A stretch of DNA of 64,000 nucleotides from the NCBI GenBank assembly GCA_002336935.1, contig DDEW01000002.1, positions 8,910-72,909 of the forward strand, in the 5' to 3' direction. A program made the position numbers and the translations under genes. This DNA comes from Candidatus Saccharibacteria bacterium UBA1944. Its GTDB lineage: Bacteria > Patescibacteriota > Saccharimonadia > Saccharimonadales > Saccharimonadaceae. Positions 28,401 through 37,337 of the stretch are shown one piece after another (position 1 is the stretch's first letter; the number at the start of each line of letters is the position of its first letter). The notes under the pieces are model-generated. The model was not told where the DNA came from. It saw nothing but the letters and a program-made list of their open reading frames with translations, and made no database searches.

Positions 28401-29720
28401 ATGACTGCCAAAATAAACACTGCTTCTGAATCGCTCATCACCTTGCGTCCTGATATTATTGGCGCGATGGTGCCGCGTAATGCTAAAGAGCAACGCGAAT
28501 TATTCTTGGCAGGTGCGGTCCGTAACCCACGTCACAGCTACGACAAACTTGCATACGACTACGCCGCACCGATGAAAACAATCCTCGAGACGGGCGAGCA
28601 GGTCACCGAGGAAATCGGTCCCGAGTCGAAGCACCGTGCTATTTATGATGAAACTGTCGAAACCTACATCGACACGAACGAGCTAATGTACTTTATGAAT
28701 GAGTACAATCAGACAGCCGACTCTGCAAAGAAGCAGCAATACCGTGACGAGATTATGAAGTTGAACGTCGAGTTGCACGGCGCGCCTGTAGAGCGCGAGT
28801 ACCATCATGTACTGGCGAGTTTTTTGGACAAGATTGACACCAAAAGTCTTACGGGTAGAGCACTTGCTATTTATCAAGAGCTGCTCGGTGCAATGCCAAT
28901 TGCCGATACGCTTGAAGACCCGGGCGGCTACGAGCCTAAGCCTGAAACGATGGCGTGGATGCAGCAGATGGTAGAATCGCTCTATGGCGGTATGTTGGCA
29001 CACGTTGAGGATGGTCGCATTTATACTGCCGAGCAGCTTCGCCATGTATTCGAACAGGTAATTCGCAGTGAGTTCGAGGAGGTTGCCGTCGATTGGCAGG
29101 TGGTGATTGAACCTGCAAAGTCAATCGTAGTGAAAGCTCGGGATAAAAAAATCGTGATTCCTGAAGACCGAGCCGACGTAACGAGCGAACAAGCAAAAGA
29201 CTTGGTAGTGCATGAAATTGGAGTACATATGCTTCGTGCTATATATGGCTACGATTCCGATGTTGCGCCGCTGGCTGTTGGGCTGACCGGTGCGGGCGAC
29301 TCCGAAGAAGGTTTGGCGATGGCAACTCAGCAAGCACGGACGGGTGCCTATGTGGAGGCTGGCCACGGTCTTTACTTGGTAGCGAGTCTGGCCTACTTTG
29401 AGCAAACTGATTTCCGCGATACCTTTGAACTCGTGTGGCGCATCGGTGCCTTAGCCGGTAGCAAAGACGGCACGCTTTCCGAGGAACAAATTGAGAAGGC
29501 GCGTAGCACTGCTTACAATCAGTGTATGCGCATATTTCGTGGTACTGATGACATTCCGTGGTTCAAGGACTTGCAGTACTACAACGGCACCGCGAATGTA
29601 TGGAAGCAGCTAGATGCCATCTGTGGTGATGACTTTCAATACCAGCTGATGTTGATGGGAAAAATCGACGTGACGAACCCTGTACATCGGCGTACCGTTC
29701 TTGAGTCGCATTCTTCATAA
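28401..29720 (+). CDS. DUF1704/MATCAP-like zinc metallocarboxypeptidase
   Basis: HEIGVH (HExxxH) followed by SEEGLA, and late R.FRG and KDL.YYNG motifs. TTGACT-17 nt-TAATAT promoter. Confidence 0.75.
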   Translation: MTAKINTASESLITLRPDIIGAMVPRNAKEQRELFLAGAVRNPRHSYDKLAYDYAAPMKTILETGEQVTEEIGPESKHRAIYDETVETYIDTNELMYFMNEYNQTADSAKKQQYRDEIMKLNVELHGAPVEREYHHVLASFLDKIDTKSLTGRALAIYQELLGAMPIADTLEDPGGYEPKPETMAWMQQMVESLYGGMLAHVEDGRIYTAEQLRHVFEQVIRSEFEEVAVDWQVVIEPAKSIVVKARDKKIVIPEDRADVTSEQAKDLVVHEIGVHMLRAIYGYDSDVAPLAVGLTGAGDSEEGLAMATQQARTGAYVEAGHGLYLVASLAYFEQTDFRDTFELVWRIGALAGSKDGTLSEEQIEKARSTAYNQCMRIFRGTDDIPWFKDLQYYNGTANVWKQLDAICGDDFQYQLMLMGKIDVTNPVHRRTVLESHSS

Positions 29721-29738
29721 ACCGTGTATACTATGGGC

Positions 29739-30245
29739 ATGAAACTGCGCTTTGCCACACCCAACGATATACCAACATTGTTTGCGATGTCCTGCCGGAT
29801 TCATCGTTTGGAGCCCTATACGTCATTGATACCCGCCCATGAACGTGAGCGGTTTTTGCGTGCCTACGCGCCTGGCTCAAAACTCGAAAAAAAGTTCACC
29901 GATAAACTAGCAAGGTTCATCGCAACACCCGAGCATTGGGTGTATATTGCGGAAGTCGACGGCGAGATTGCCGGCTATCGACTGGCCGAGCGACAAGGCA
30001 CCGATATTTATATGCACGGCCTGTTCGTAGACCCTGATTACCAGGGCAGAGGAATCGGCCGAGCGCTCTTTACCGAGCCACTATTGGCAGCAAAAGTGGG
30101 CGACACCATTCACTTGACGGTACTGAAAGGTAACGATCGGGCTCGTCAATTGTACGAGAGTGAAGGCTTTGTTGTAGTGAACGAAAACCCCAAAACATTC
30201 TACGGTGCCATGCAGGAAGACATGGTAAAAACCATTCCGGTTTAG
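29739..30245 (+). CDS. GNAT-family N-acetyltransferase
   Basis: LFVDPDYQGRGIGRAL acetyl-CoA motif and V..GNDRARQLYESEGF. TATACT lies 6 nt upstream of ATG 29739. Confidence 0.88.
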   Translation: MKLRFATPNDIPTLFAMSCRIHRLEPYTSLIPAHERERFLRAYAPGSKLEKKFTDKLARFIATPEHWVYIAEVDGEIAGYRLAERQGTDIYMHGLFVDPDYQGRGIGRALFTEPLLAAKVGDTIHLTVLKGNDRARQLYESEGFVVVNENPKTFYGAMQEDMVKTIPV

Positions 30246-30246
30246 A

Positions 30247-30275
30247 TTGACAAAAATATATAAAACTGATAAAAT
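30247..30275 (+). promoter_or_regulatory. sigma70 promoter of the ATP-grasp/protease/rimK operon
   Basis: TTGACA-17 nt-TAAAAT. Confidence 0.7.
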
Positions 30276-30312
30276 ATGGACTAATAACACGTAGCCCAGA
30301 AAAACACACGCA

Positions 30313-31287
30313 ATGGCAGGATTTATGGTAACAGCACGTATGATCATGAGCGAGCTTGAAGCTCGTGATATTGTCGTTGATGCCGCTATGCCCGAGCGAG
30401 TGTCGGTATTGTCCTTTGAATACAACGGGAAACCTCGACTGATTATCGGCTGCACACCGGATTTTTCATCGGCACTTACTATCCCTGTCTGTCGGAGCAA
30501 AATGATGACCCAGTGGCTCCTGTCGCGAACTACCAGTGTGCCACTCCCCGCGACGCTGGTTTATACTACCGACGCTGAGGCAGAGGCCTTTTTGCACCGG
30601 TATGGTGTGTTGGTAGTAAAACCGCAAGACGGTGCTCATGGCAACGGAGTGACGGTGGGCGTAGACACTATGGACAAGCTGTTACCGGCTGTTGCGCTTG
30701 CACGGCAATACAGTGCTACGGGTAGGGTGCTGTTGCAGCAAATGGTGAGTGGCCGTGATGTTCGGGTACTAGTGGTTGACGGTGCGGTTGTAGCGGCGAC
30801 ATACCGGATACCTGCCTCAGTGGTGGGGGACGGCACCAGCACGATTCGCCAATTGATTGATACAGAGAACCAAACCAATCCCGATAGGGGCGAAAAGCCG
30901 TACGACAAGCGTATGAATCGTATTGATGTTGCAGCGGCCACTCGCTTTTTGGGCGAGGCAATGGAGGTCGTTCCGGCAGGTGGCGAGAAAGTCACGGTGG
31001 TTGGTACAGCCAACATTGGTACGGGTGGCGAATCGCACGAATGCCTAGACGAATTGCCCGAGGTGCTGACGCGTCACGCCCTTGACGCCGCTACGGCTGC
31101 TCGAAGCTTTATTTGCGGGGTCGACTTCGTGTATGATTCGACCACAGGAGCATACTATTTGATTGAGCTTAATAGCTCGCCAAGTTTTGGGCTCCACGCT
31201 TTTCCGTCTGTAGGCAAGCCAACTGATATTGCGCCGCTTTATGTGACGGCGCTGTTGAAGCGGTATGATAGTGAGGGGGATAAATAA
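30313..31287 (+). CDS. Stand-alone ATP-grasp ligase of the cyanophycin-synthetase/GshAB type
   Basis: VVKP.DG.HGNGV, QQMV.GRDVRVLVV, PA.VVGDG.STI..LI...N insertion, ANIGTGG, GVDF, IELNSSP. Confidence 0.8.
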   Translation: MAGFMVTARMIMSELEARDIVVDAAMPERVSVLSFEYNGKPRLIIGCTPDFSSALTIPVCRSKMMTQWLLSRTTSVPLPATLVYTTDAEAEAFLHRYGVLVVKPQDGAHGNGVTVGVDTMDKLLPAVALARQYSATGRVLLQQMVSGRDVRVLVVDGAVVAATYRIPASVVGDGTSTIRQLIDTENQTNPDRGEKPYDKRMNRIDVAAATRFLGEAMEVVPAGGEKVTVVGTANIGTGGESHECLDELPEVLTRHALDAATAARSFICGVDFVYDSTTGAYYLIELNSSPSFGLHAFPSVGKPTDIAPLYVTALLKRYDSEGDK

Positions 31288-31718
31288 TGAGCGCATCTGT
31301 GATTGGTTGTATTGAAACGGTAAGTTTTCCTGAGCTGAACGTGTTTGATGTGCAGGCGAAAGTTGATACCGGTGCCTATTCAGGTGCCCTGCACTGCACC
31401 GATATTAAGGTGGTGAGACGAGGGGTATTGCGCACGCGCGTGCTGAAGTTTTCGCCACTCGGTGGCACGCCCCAAGATACTACCGAGTTTATGAGCACTT
31501 ACATTCGCTCGGCAACTGGTCATAGGGCCCGTCGGCACGTTGTGGATACACAAATAATCGTGAATGGTAAAAGTTACCCTATACGCATTGGGTTATCGGA
31601 TCGGTCCGATATGAAACGCCCGGTATTGCTCGGAAGACGCTTCCTAAGAGAAAACGACATACTGGTCGATGTGCGAATTAACGAAGAACTTGATGATGAA
31701 GGAGAAAACACGAGATGA
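31287..31718 (+). CDS. RimK-associated retropepsin-like protease (RimB/PF05618-like)
   Basis: AKVDTGAYSGALH, IRSATG...R, LSDRSDMKRPVLLGRRFL. Translationally coupled on both sides (TAATG and ATGA overlaps). Confidence 0.82.
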   Translation: MSASVIGCIETVSFPELNVFDVQAKVDTGAYSGALHCTDIKVVRRGVLRTRVLKFSPLGGTPQDTTEFMSTYIRSATGHRARRHVVDTQIIVNGKSYPIRIGLSDRSDMKRPVLLGRRFLRENDILVDVRINEELDDEGENTR

Positions 31719-32626
31719 AAATAGCGATTCTCAGTAACGGAAATGGTAATTATTCTACCAAGCGGCTCAAAGAGGTTGCGATTGCTCGTGGGCACGAAGT
31801 AAAGGTCATCAAATATCGTGAGTGTTATGCGAGTATTGAACGCAATAACCCAACGGTGAGCTACCGCGGGGAAGATCTTGCAACGTTTGACGCGGTGATT
31901 CCGCGTATTGCGAGCTATATGACGAAGTATGGTACAGCAATTGTCCGTCAGTTGGAAATGCAGGGTGTATACACAATTTCGAGTTCTATTGCGATCACGC
32001 GTAGCCGCGACAAGCTGCGCAGTATGCAGCTGCTTGCTAAGGCTGGGGTGGGTATTCCAAAAACCGTGTTTAGCCGTAATTCAACCGACATTGATGATTT
32101 GATTGAAAAGTTAGGCGGTACCCCGGTGATTATCAAGCTTGCGCGTGGTACGCATGGCAATGGCGTCGTGTTGGCTGAGAGCAAAAAGGCCGCCAAAAGC
32201 GTACTACAGGCATTTTATTTGACTAATGACGATGGCACTAACGTGCTGTTGCAGGAATTTGTGAAAGAAAGTGCCGGTACGGACATTCGTGCGTTTGTCG
32301 TTGGCGGTCGTGTTGTAGCCAGTATGAAACGTCAAAGTCTCGACGACGACTTTAGAAGCAACCTCCACAAAGGCGGCGAAGGGGTCACAATTAAGCTAAC
32401 AGAAGAAGAACGAAAAATGGCCATTAAAGCCGCTCGCGCAATGGGGCTTAATATCGCCGGTGTTGATATGATGCGTAGTGACCGTGGCCCACTTATTTTG
32501 GAAGTAAACGCCAGCCCTGGGTTTGGCATTGAAAAGGTGACTGGCCGTGATGTTGCAACGCCAATTATTGAGTATCTTGAGCAAAATGCAAAACGCGGTC
32601 ACAAAAAAGACAAAGTTGGCGCATAG
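31715..32626 (+). CDS. rimK: RimK alpha-L-glutamate ligase
   Basis: MKIAILS...YST.RL, DAVIPRI, RSRDKLRSMQLLA..G, DIRAFVVG, DDFRSNLHKGG, GVDMMRS, EVNASPG. Confidence 0.93.
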   Translation: MKIAILSNGNGNYSTKRLKEVAIARGHEVKVIKYRECYASIERNNPTVSYRGEDLATFDAVIPRIASYMTKYGTAIVRQLEMQGVYTISSSIAITRSRDKLRSMQLLAKAGVGIPKTVFSRNSTDIDDLIEKLGGTPVIIKLARGTHGNGVVLAESKKAAKSVLQAFYLTNDDGTNVLLQEFVKESAGTDIRAFVVGGRVVASMKRQSLDDDFRSNLHKGGEGVTIKLTEEERKMAIKAARAMGLNIAGVDMMRSDRGPLILEVNASPGFGIEKVTGRDVATPIIEYLEQNAKRGHKKDKVGA

Positions 32627-32658
32627 CTCCATTATTTCGCTAGTGCTATACTAGAGCC

Positions 32659-33141
32659 ATGACCTTCTTGATTGTTCTCGCGCTCTATGTGGGTATACTT
32701 TTCGTCATTGGCTATGCAAGTCGACGGAGTATGGGAGTACCATCGCTTGCGCTCGCGGCGGGGGCAATTCTTGCTAAGCTATGGACCGATAGCTTGACAC
32801 CGCTCGTAGCGAGCACCGGTGTCATTATTGTGCGGCCACCACTAAGCAGTTTGGTGGCGGTAGCACTGACACTTATTCCGGCACTAATTGTGATGATTCG
32901 TGCCAATAAAGTAGCAGCGCATCACCACAGTATATTTGGGAGCATTATATTTGCGGTACTTGCTGCCATGTTGACTTACGGCGCATTTGCTAATGCAGTG
33001 GTACTCGATGAGTCAAGCAAGCAATATGTTATGCAACTTCTTGCCTACGACAAAATTATTATAACCGCGGCAATTACATTAGCGATTGGTGACGTGTTGT
33101 TCTACAAAAAACCCTATCAACACGACAAACATAGAAAATAG
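32659..33141 (+). CDS. Hypothetical membrane protein
   Basis: 160 aa with about five TM helices; TATACT 6 nt upstream. Confidence 0.6.
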   Translation: MTFLIVLALYVGILFVIGYASRRSMGVPSLALAAGAILAKLWTDSLTPLVASTGVIIVRPPLSSLVAVALTLIPALIVMIRANKVAAHHHSIFGSIIFAVLAAMLTYGAFANAVVLDESSKQYVMQLLAYDKIIITAAITLAIGDVLFYKKPYQHDKHRK

Positions 33142-33175
33142 AAAAACACTCACTTCTACAGTGAGTGTTTTTCTA
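33139..33175. terminator. Bidirectional hairpin terminator
   Basis: 16-bp perfect stem TAGAAAAACACTCACT / AGTGAGTGTTTTTCTA. Confidence 0.8.
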
Positions 33176-33196
33176 TGGAGGGCCCAGTGAGGCTTG
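33176..33196 (-). repeat. 21-bp direct repeat of the tRNA-Lys 3' end (att-like)
   Basis: TGGAGGGCCCAGTGAGGCTTG is identical to 33369-33389. Confidence 0.9.
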
Positions 33197-33328
33197 GTTA
33201 CGTTCCGCAACCCCGAAAGTCATGCAAATGAGCATAGCTCATTTGTGACATTTCCTTGCGGACTGCCGCCACGGCAGCCCTCACTCACTCCACCCCACGG
33301 GTGTCTTGAATTCAAGCTCGCTTCATCT

Positions 33329-33372
33329 TCCAAAGAATATGCCCCGTCAGAAGACGAGGCATATTCTTTGGA
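33329..33372 (-). terminator. Hairpin directly after tRNA-Lys whose stem includes the tRNA UCCA end
   Basis: 15-bp stem TCCAAAGAATATGCC / GGCATATTCTTTGGA. Confidence 0.65.
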
Positions 33373-33445
33373 GGGCCCAGTGAGGCTTGAACTCACGACA
33401 CCCTGCTTAAAAGGCAGGTGCTCTAACCGGCTGAGCTATGGGCCC
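33369..33445 (-). tRNA. tRNA-Lys (UUU)
   Basis: GGGCCCA acceptor stem, anticodon arm CCTGC-CTTTTAA-GCAGG, T arm GTGAG-TTCAAGC-CTCAC, encoded CCA; 77 nt. Confidence 0.96.
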
Positions 33446-33504
33446 GAACGACTACCGTAATATAGCACTTGTAAGGTGTTTCTGTCAATGTTACAGTACG
33501 GCGT

Positions 33505-34947
33505 ATGTATTGGCTTATGGCGCGGGTTCATCCTACGTGGCATTTTACCGCTGTGTGTATGGGAATAGTAGTGGGTGTTGCCGCCGCGCAGTGGCTTACT
33601 GTGAGCTACTACGGCGTACTCTTTATTGCCGGGCTTGCCCTACTGCTTAGTTTTGCGCAGCCACGAAGAATGATGCTTGTTGCAGCCATAGTTGCTGGCG
33701 CACTCTTGGGGGTGTATCGCGGTAGTGTCATTCACGGTCAGGGCGATACCATGGCGCCCTACATAGGTGGAGTCGTCACAGTGCAGGGCATGGTAGCGGG
33801 GGACGTGAGTGAGGCGGCACGGGGAGTATCACTAAAATTAAAAGATGTTCAGGTAGACAAACAGCATGTGTCGGGAGAAATTTGGATTAGCGGCGGCGAA
33901 CAGCTTGCCGTGCTTAAGCGCAGCGACACGACCACCGTAAAAGGTCGTTTGTCCCCAGGATTTGGAACATTTATTGCTACGATGCCGCGGGCACAGCTTG
34001 TGCGGGTGGAGCGTGAGGCGAGTCGTGATCCTGCTTTGCTCGTTCGCGATACAGCAAGTGAAGCGGTACGAACATCTATTGCTGAGCCAGCAGCAAGCCT
34101 AGGTATTGGGTATTTGCTTGGGCAAAAAAGTGCACTACCTATGGATTTAAACAACGATCTTGTGGTGGTTGGATTAACGCACATAGTTGTGGCAAGTGGT
34201 TACAACCTGATGGTTTTAGTTCGTTTTGCGCGCCGGTTATTTGCGCCCATATCCAAATACTTGGCCGTTATGAGCAGCGGATTGATGGTGGCTGGATTCA
34301 TTATGGTTGCTGGAGCAAGTCCAAGCATGGTGCGTGCGGGAATTGTGGCGGCATTGGGGCTATGGGCGTGGTACCATGGGCGCAAGTTTCACCCGGTTAC
34401 ATTAATCATGTTTGTTGCTGCGATAACTGTGCTCATCAACCCGTATTATGCATGGGGTGATTTAGGATGGCAGCTGAGTTTTGCCGCCTTTATTGGCGTA
34501 ATGATTGTCGCGCCGTTGTTGTATGCGTATTTCTTGAGTGATCGCCCAAAAAGCACCGTATCGCAGCTTCTTATTGAAGCGGTGGCAGCCCAAGCTATGA
34601 CGGCGCCTATCATCATGATGGCATTTGGACAGTTTAGTGCTATTGCTATCGTGGGCAACCTTATCGTTCTCCCTTTCGTGCCGCTGGCTATGGTGCTTGT
34701 TGCCGTAGCGGGTGTTGGCGGATGGCTTGTGCCTGCCATGGGGCACGTGGTGGGGTGGCCAGCAGAAACACTGCTTAACACCATGATCGCTGTCATTCAT
34801 CGACTGGCTGAAGTTGAATGGGCGCAGGTTCCTGTAACATTGAACGGCTGGGGAGTCATAGCGTGGTATGCGCTTATTGCGACAGCTTGCTGGTATATAA
34901 AATACAAAACGAAGTACCAGCTTTATCAGGCCTCCATAGTGGAATAA
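33505..34947 (+). CDS. comEC: ComEC/Rec2 competence channel (no beta-lactamase domain)
   Basis: GLTHIVVASGYNL, GASPSMVRAG, NPYYAWGDLGWQLSFAA, TAPII...FG.FS...IVGNLIVLP. Confidence 0.9.
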   Translation: MYWLMARVHPTWHFTAVCMGIVVGVAAAQWLTVSYYGVLFIAGLALLLSFAQPRRMMLVAAIVAGALLGVYRGSVIHGQGDTMAPYIGGVVTVQGMVAGDVSEAARGVSLKLKDVQVDKQHVSGEIWISGGEQLAVLKRSDTTTVKGRLSPGFGTFIATMPRAQLVRVEREASRDPALLVRDTASEAVRTSIAEPAASLGIGYLLGQKSALPMDLNNDLVVVGLTHIVVASGYNLMVLVRFARRLFAPISKYLAVMSSGLMVAGFIMVAGASPSMVRAGIVAALGLWAWYHGRKFHPVTLIMFVAAITVLINPYYAWGDLGWQLSFAAFIGVMIVAPLLYAYFLSDRPKSTVSQLLIEAVAAQAMTAPIIMMAFGQFSAIAIVGNLIVLPFVPLAMVLVAVAGVGGWLVPAMGHVVGWPAETLLNTMIAVIHRLAEVEWAQVPVTLNGWGVIAWYALIATACWYIKYKTKYQLYQASIVE

Positions 34948-35006
34948 CAGATAAGAATCTGCTATACTAGACGTAAATCGATAGTGACATAACAAGCGGA
35001 GAACAT

Positions 35007-35729
35007 ATGGCAGGACATAATAAATGGTCAAAAATTAAACGTGATAAGGGCGTTAATGATGCAAAGCGTGGCGCGATATTCACCAAAATTGGGAACCAAA
35101 TTGCTATTGCTGCGCGGCAAGGAGCTGATCCTGCCATGAATTCGGCGCTTGCGCTCGCCATCGAGAAAGCCAAGGCCGCCAATATGCCAGTGGCAAATAT
35201 CCAGCGCGCCATTGATAGGGTGGCCGACAAGAATGCTGCGGCTCTTGAGGAGGCTACATATGAGGGTTATGGGCCTGGCGGAGTGGGGATAATCGTTGAA
35301 ACTGCCACCGATAATCGTAATCGCACCTATCCGGAAGTCCGCACTGCGTTGACGAAGAACGGTGGCACCATGGCAGACGCGGGGAGTGTGATGTTCCAAT
35401 TTACGCGCAAGGGAGTGATTCGGGTTGCTGCAACGGGTGAAGAGGCACTGCTTGCGGTGCTTGATGCTGGTGCTGAAGATGCGCTGGAAGAAGATGGTGA
35501 GATCGTGGTGTACACCGATATGAAAGATTTAGCTAAGGTGCGCACAGTGATTTCCGACAGCGGCCTCAAGATTGAAGAAGCAGAATTGCAATATGTTGCG
35601 AACAATCTTGTGCCAGTAGATGACGAGGAAACTGCTCGTAAGATTATGAAAGTAATGGATGCACTGGATGATTTGGATGATGTCGTGGCAGTGCACACCA
35701 ATGCTGATATCATGATCGATGTTGAATAA
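35007..35729 (+). CDS. yebC: YebC/PmpR-family protein
   Basis: MAGHNKWSKIKR.KG, YEGYGPGG, TDNRNRT, LDDLDDV.AVHTN. Confidence 0.95.
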   Translation: MAGHNKWSKIKRDKGVNDAKRGAIFTKIGNQIAIAARQGADPAMNSALALAIEKAKAANMPVANIQRAIDRVADKNAAALEEATYEGYGPGGVGIIVETATDNRNRTYPEVRTALTKNGGTMADAGSVMFQFTRKGVIRVAATGEEALLAVLDAGAEDALEEDGEIVVYTDMKDLAKVRTVISDSGLKIEEAELQYVANNLVPVDDEETARKIMKVMDALDDLDDVVAVHTNADIMIDVE

Positions 35730-35830
35730 ATCACATGACAAACGTTGTTAAATTTTATGTACCGTATTGACACGGTAGGGTCCCCGCGCTATACCTGAGG
35801 GTAATACAAATTACCTAGAGGAGCGAGGGA

Positions 35831-37318
35831 ATGCGGCCAAGACTTTTGGTTTGTTTTGCATGGATAATTCTAGGGTGGGGAATGGTGATACAGATAAATA
35901 CGGCGTACGCGCTGCCAGTTGAGCAAACTGTCATGAAGCCTACATCACCTCTTATTATCACCGCCTATAGCACGTGGCGTGGTGGCAAGGATATTGACTT
36001 TGTCGAAGTGTACAACGACAGTTCTCGGCCGCTGCTGCTAGAAGATTGGACGATTCATGATGCTACGAACAGCCGCGACTTGACTATACGTCGTCATAGT
36101 AGCGGGAGTTATATTGAGCCAAAGCGGCATGCGCTCGTTGCATACTCAGATCTCTTTGATGCATACGCATATGAGATAGAAGGCTGGAGTCGTTCGGTAG
36201 AAACTGAGCAAAGAATCACCAAGATTTCGCTACTTCACAACAACTATCGACCCCATGAAGTAATGGTCGACCCTGCGAAATACTTAGACCAACCGATGAT
36301 ACGGAGTATGGGTGTAGATGGATATGTGAGTAGCTTTAAAAATGAAATCTACCGTAGTTTTTTCAATGACCCGCTCTACTCGGCACCCGCTTGGCCAGAT
36401 TACCTTGAAATAACAGAAGTATTTGCTTCGGCAAAAGGTGAGTGTAGTCCACTTGAAAACCAAGTAACGTGCGGTGATTATGTGAAGCTTCACAACAAAG
36501 GGCAAACCGAAATTGTTCTCGACAACCTCGTGCTTCGGAGTGATAGCTATTCATCGACGCGAACTGATTCCAACACCATTCTTCTTGGTGGTGTCTTGGC
36601 GGTAGGAGGGTATAAAGCAGTTTATTTAACAGATAGCGACAGGCGGCTCTCATTGAATAATGGTGGGTATGTGTGGCTGGAGGACAAGTGGGAAACGGGC
36701 CCAGTTTATTCACCATCACTTACATACTATGCTAGCGCCGACACACTACGTTTGGGATTGGCGTATTCGCACGACATGGGTGAGTGGGGATGGGCGGAGC
36801 CAAATCCATTTGGTACGAGCAAGCTAGTGCCACTGGAGATGACTATTGAGGAGTGTCCGGTGGGTAAGTATCGCAACCCTGAAACCGGTCGGTGCCGTGC
36901 TATTGAGGAGGCGGTAAATTCACTCGCACTCTGTGCTGAAGGTGAGGAACGCAACCCTGCCACGAATCGGTGTCGCAAAGTTGTAGCAAAGACATCCACA
37001 CTACTCCCTTGTGGTGAGGGCCAGGAACGTAACCCCACCACCAACCGTTGTCGAAGCATTGCAAGTGCAATTGCGGAGTTGCTACCTTGTGACGAAGGCT
37101 ACGAGCGTAATCCAACAACGAATCGATGTCGGAAAATGCAAACGTTAACCATCCCCAAGGCGGACTTTCCCATCGAAGGACTGCCTACTTCTAAGGGCAC
37201 GGCAGCGGTATGGGGAGCTGCAGGTGTCGTGACGAGTTTACTATTGGTGTATGCTGGGTGGGAGTGGCGGTACGAACTGGCAAGCTTTGCAAAGCGTCTT
37301 CTGCATAAAGGTGCGTAG
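35831..37318 (+). CDS. Lamin-tail-domain-like surface protein with four Cys-paired RNPxTxRC repeats and C-terminal TM anchor
   Basis: Signal-like N-terminus, two LTD-like segments (DFVEVYN...EDWTI; DYVKLHN...NLVL), four C..G.ERNP.T.RCR repeats, TM segment then GWEWRYE. TTGACA-17 nt-TATACC promoter. Confidence 0.65.
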   Translation: MRPRLLVCFAWIILGWGMVIQINTAYALPVEQTVMKPTSPLIITAYSTWRGGKDIDFVEVYNDSSRPLLLEDWTIHDATNSRDLTIRRHSSGSYIEPKRHALVAYSDLFDAYAYEIEGWSRSVETEQRITKISLLHNNYRPHEVMVDPAKYLDQPMIRSMGVDGYVSSFKNEIYRSFFNDPLYSAPAWPDYLEITEVFASAKGECSPLENQVTCGDYVKLHNKGQTEIVLDNLVLRSDSYSSTRTDSNTILLGGVLAVGGYKAVYLTDSDRRLSLNNGGYVWLEDKWETGPVYSPSLTYYASADTLRLGLAYSHDMGEWGWAEPNPFGTSKLVPLEMTIEECPVGKYRNPETGRCRAIEEAVNSLALCAEGEERNPATNRCRKVVAKTSTLLPCGEGQERNPTTNRCRSIASAIAELLPCDEGYERNPTTNRCRKMQTLTIPKADFPIEGLPTSKGTAAVWGAAGVVTSLLLVYAGWEWRYELASFAKRLLHKGA

Positions 37319-37337
37319 CGTATCGTATACTAGAAGC

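Noticed and set aside
30313-31287. Calling this cyanophycin synthetase or glutathione synthetase GshAB
   Set aside because: It is far too short and lacks the Mur-ligase or gamma-glutamylcysteine ligase domain.
33194-33460. 88-aa ORF from the ORF track
   Set aside because: It runs antisense through tRNA-Lys and the palindromic mini-element; spurious.
37170-37318. Sortase signal in the lamin-tail protein (GLPTSKG) and in the MARLP protein end (LPAGT)
   Set aside because: Neither matches LPxTG followed by a TM helix and basic tail.
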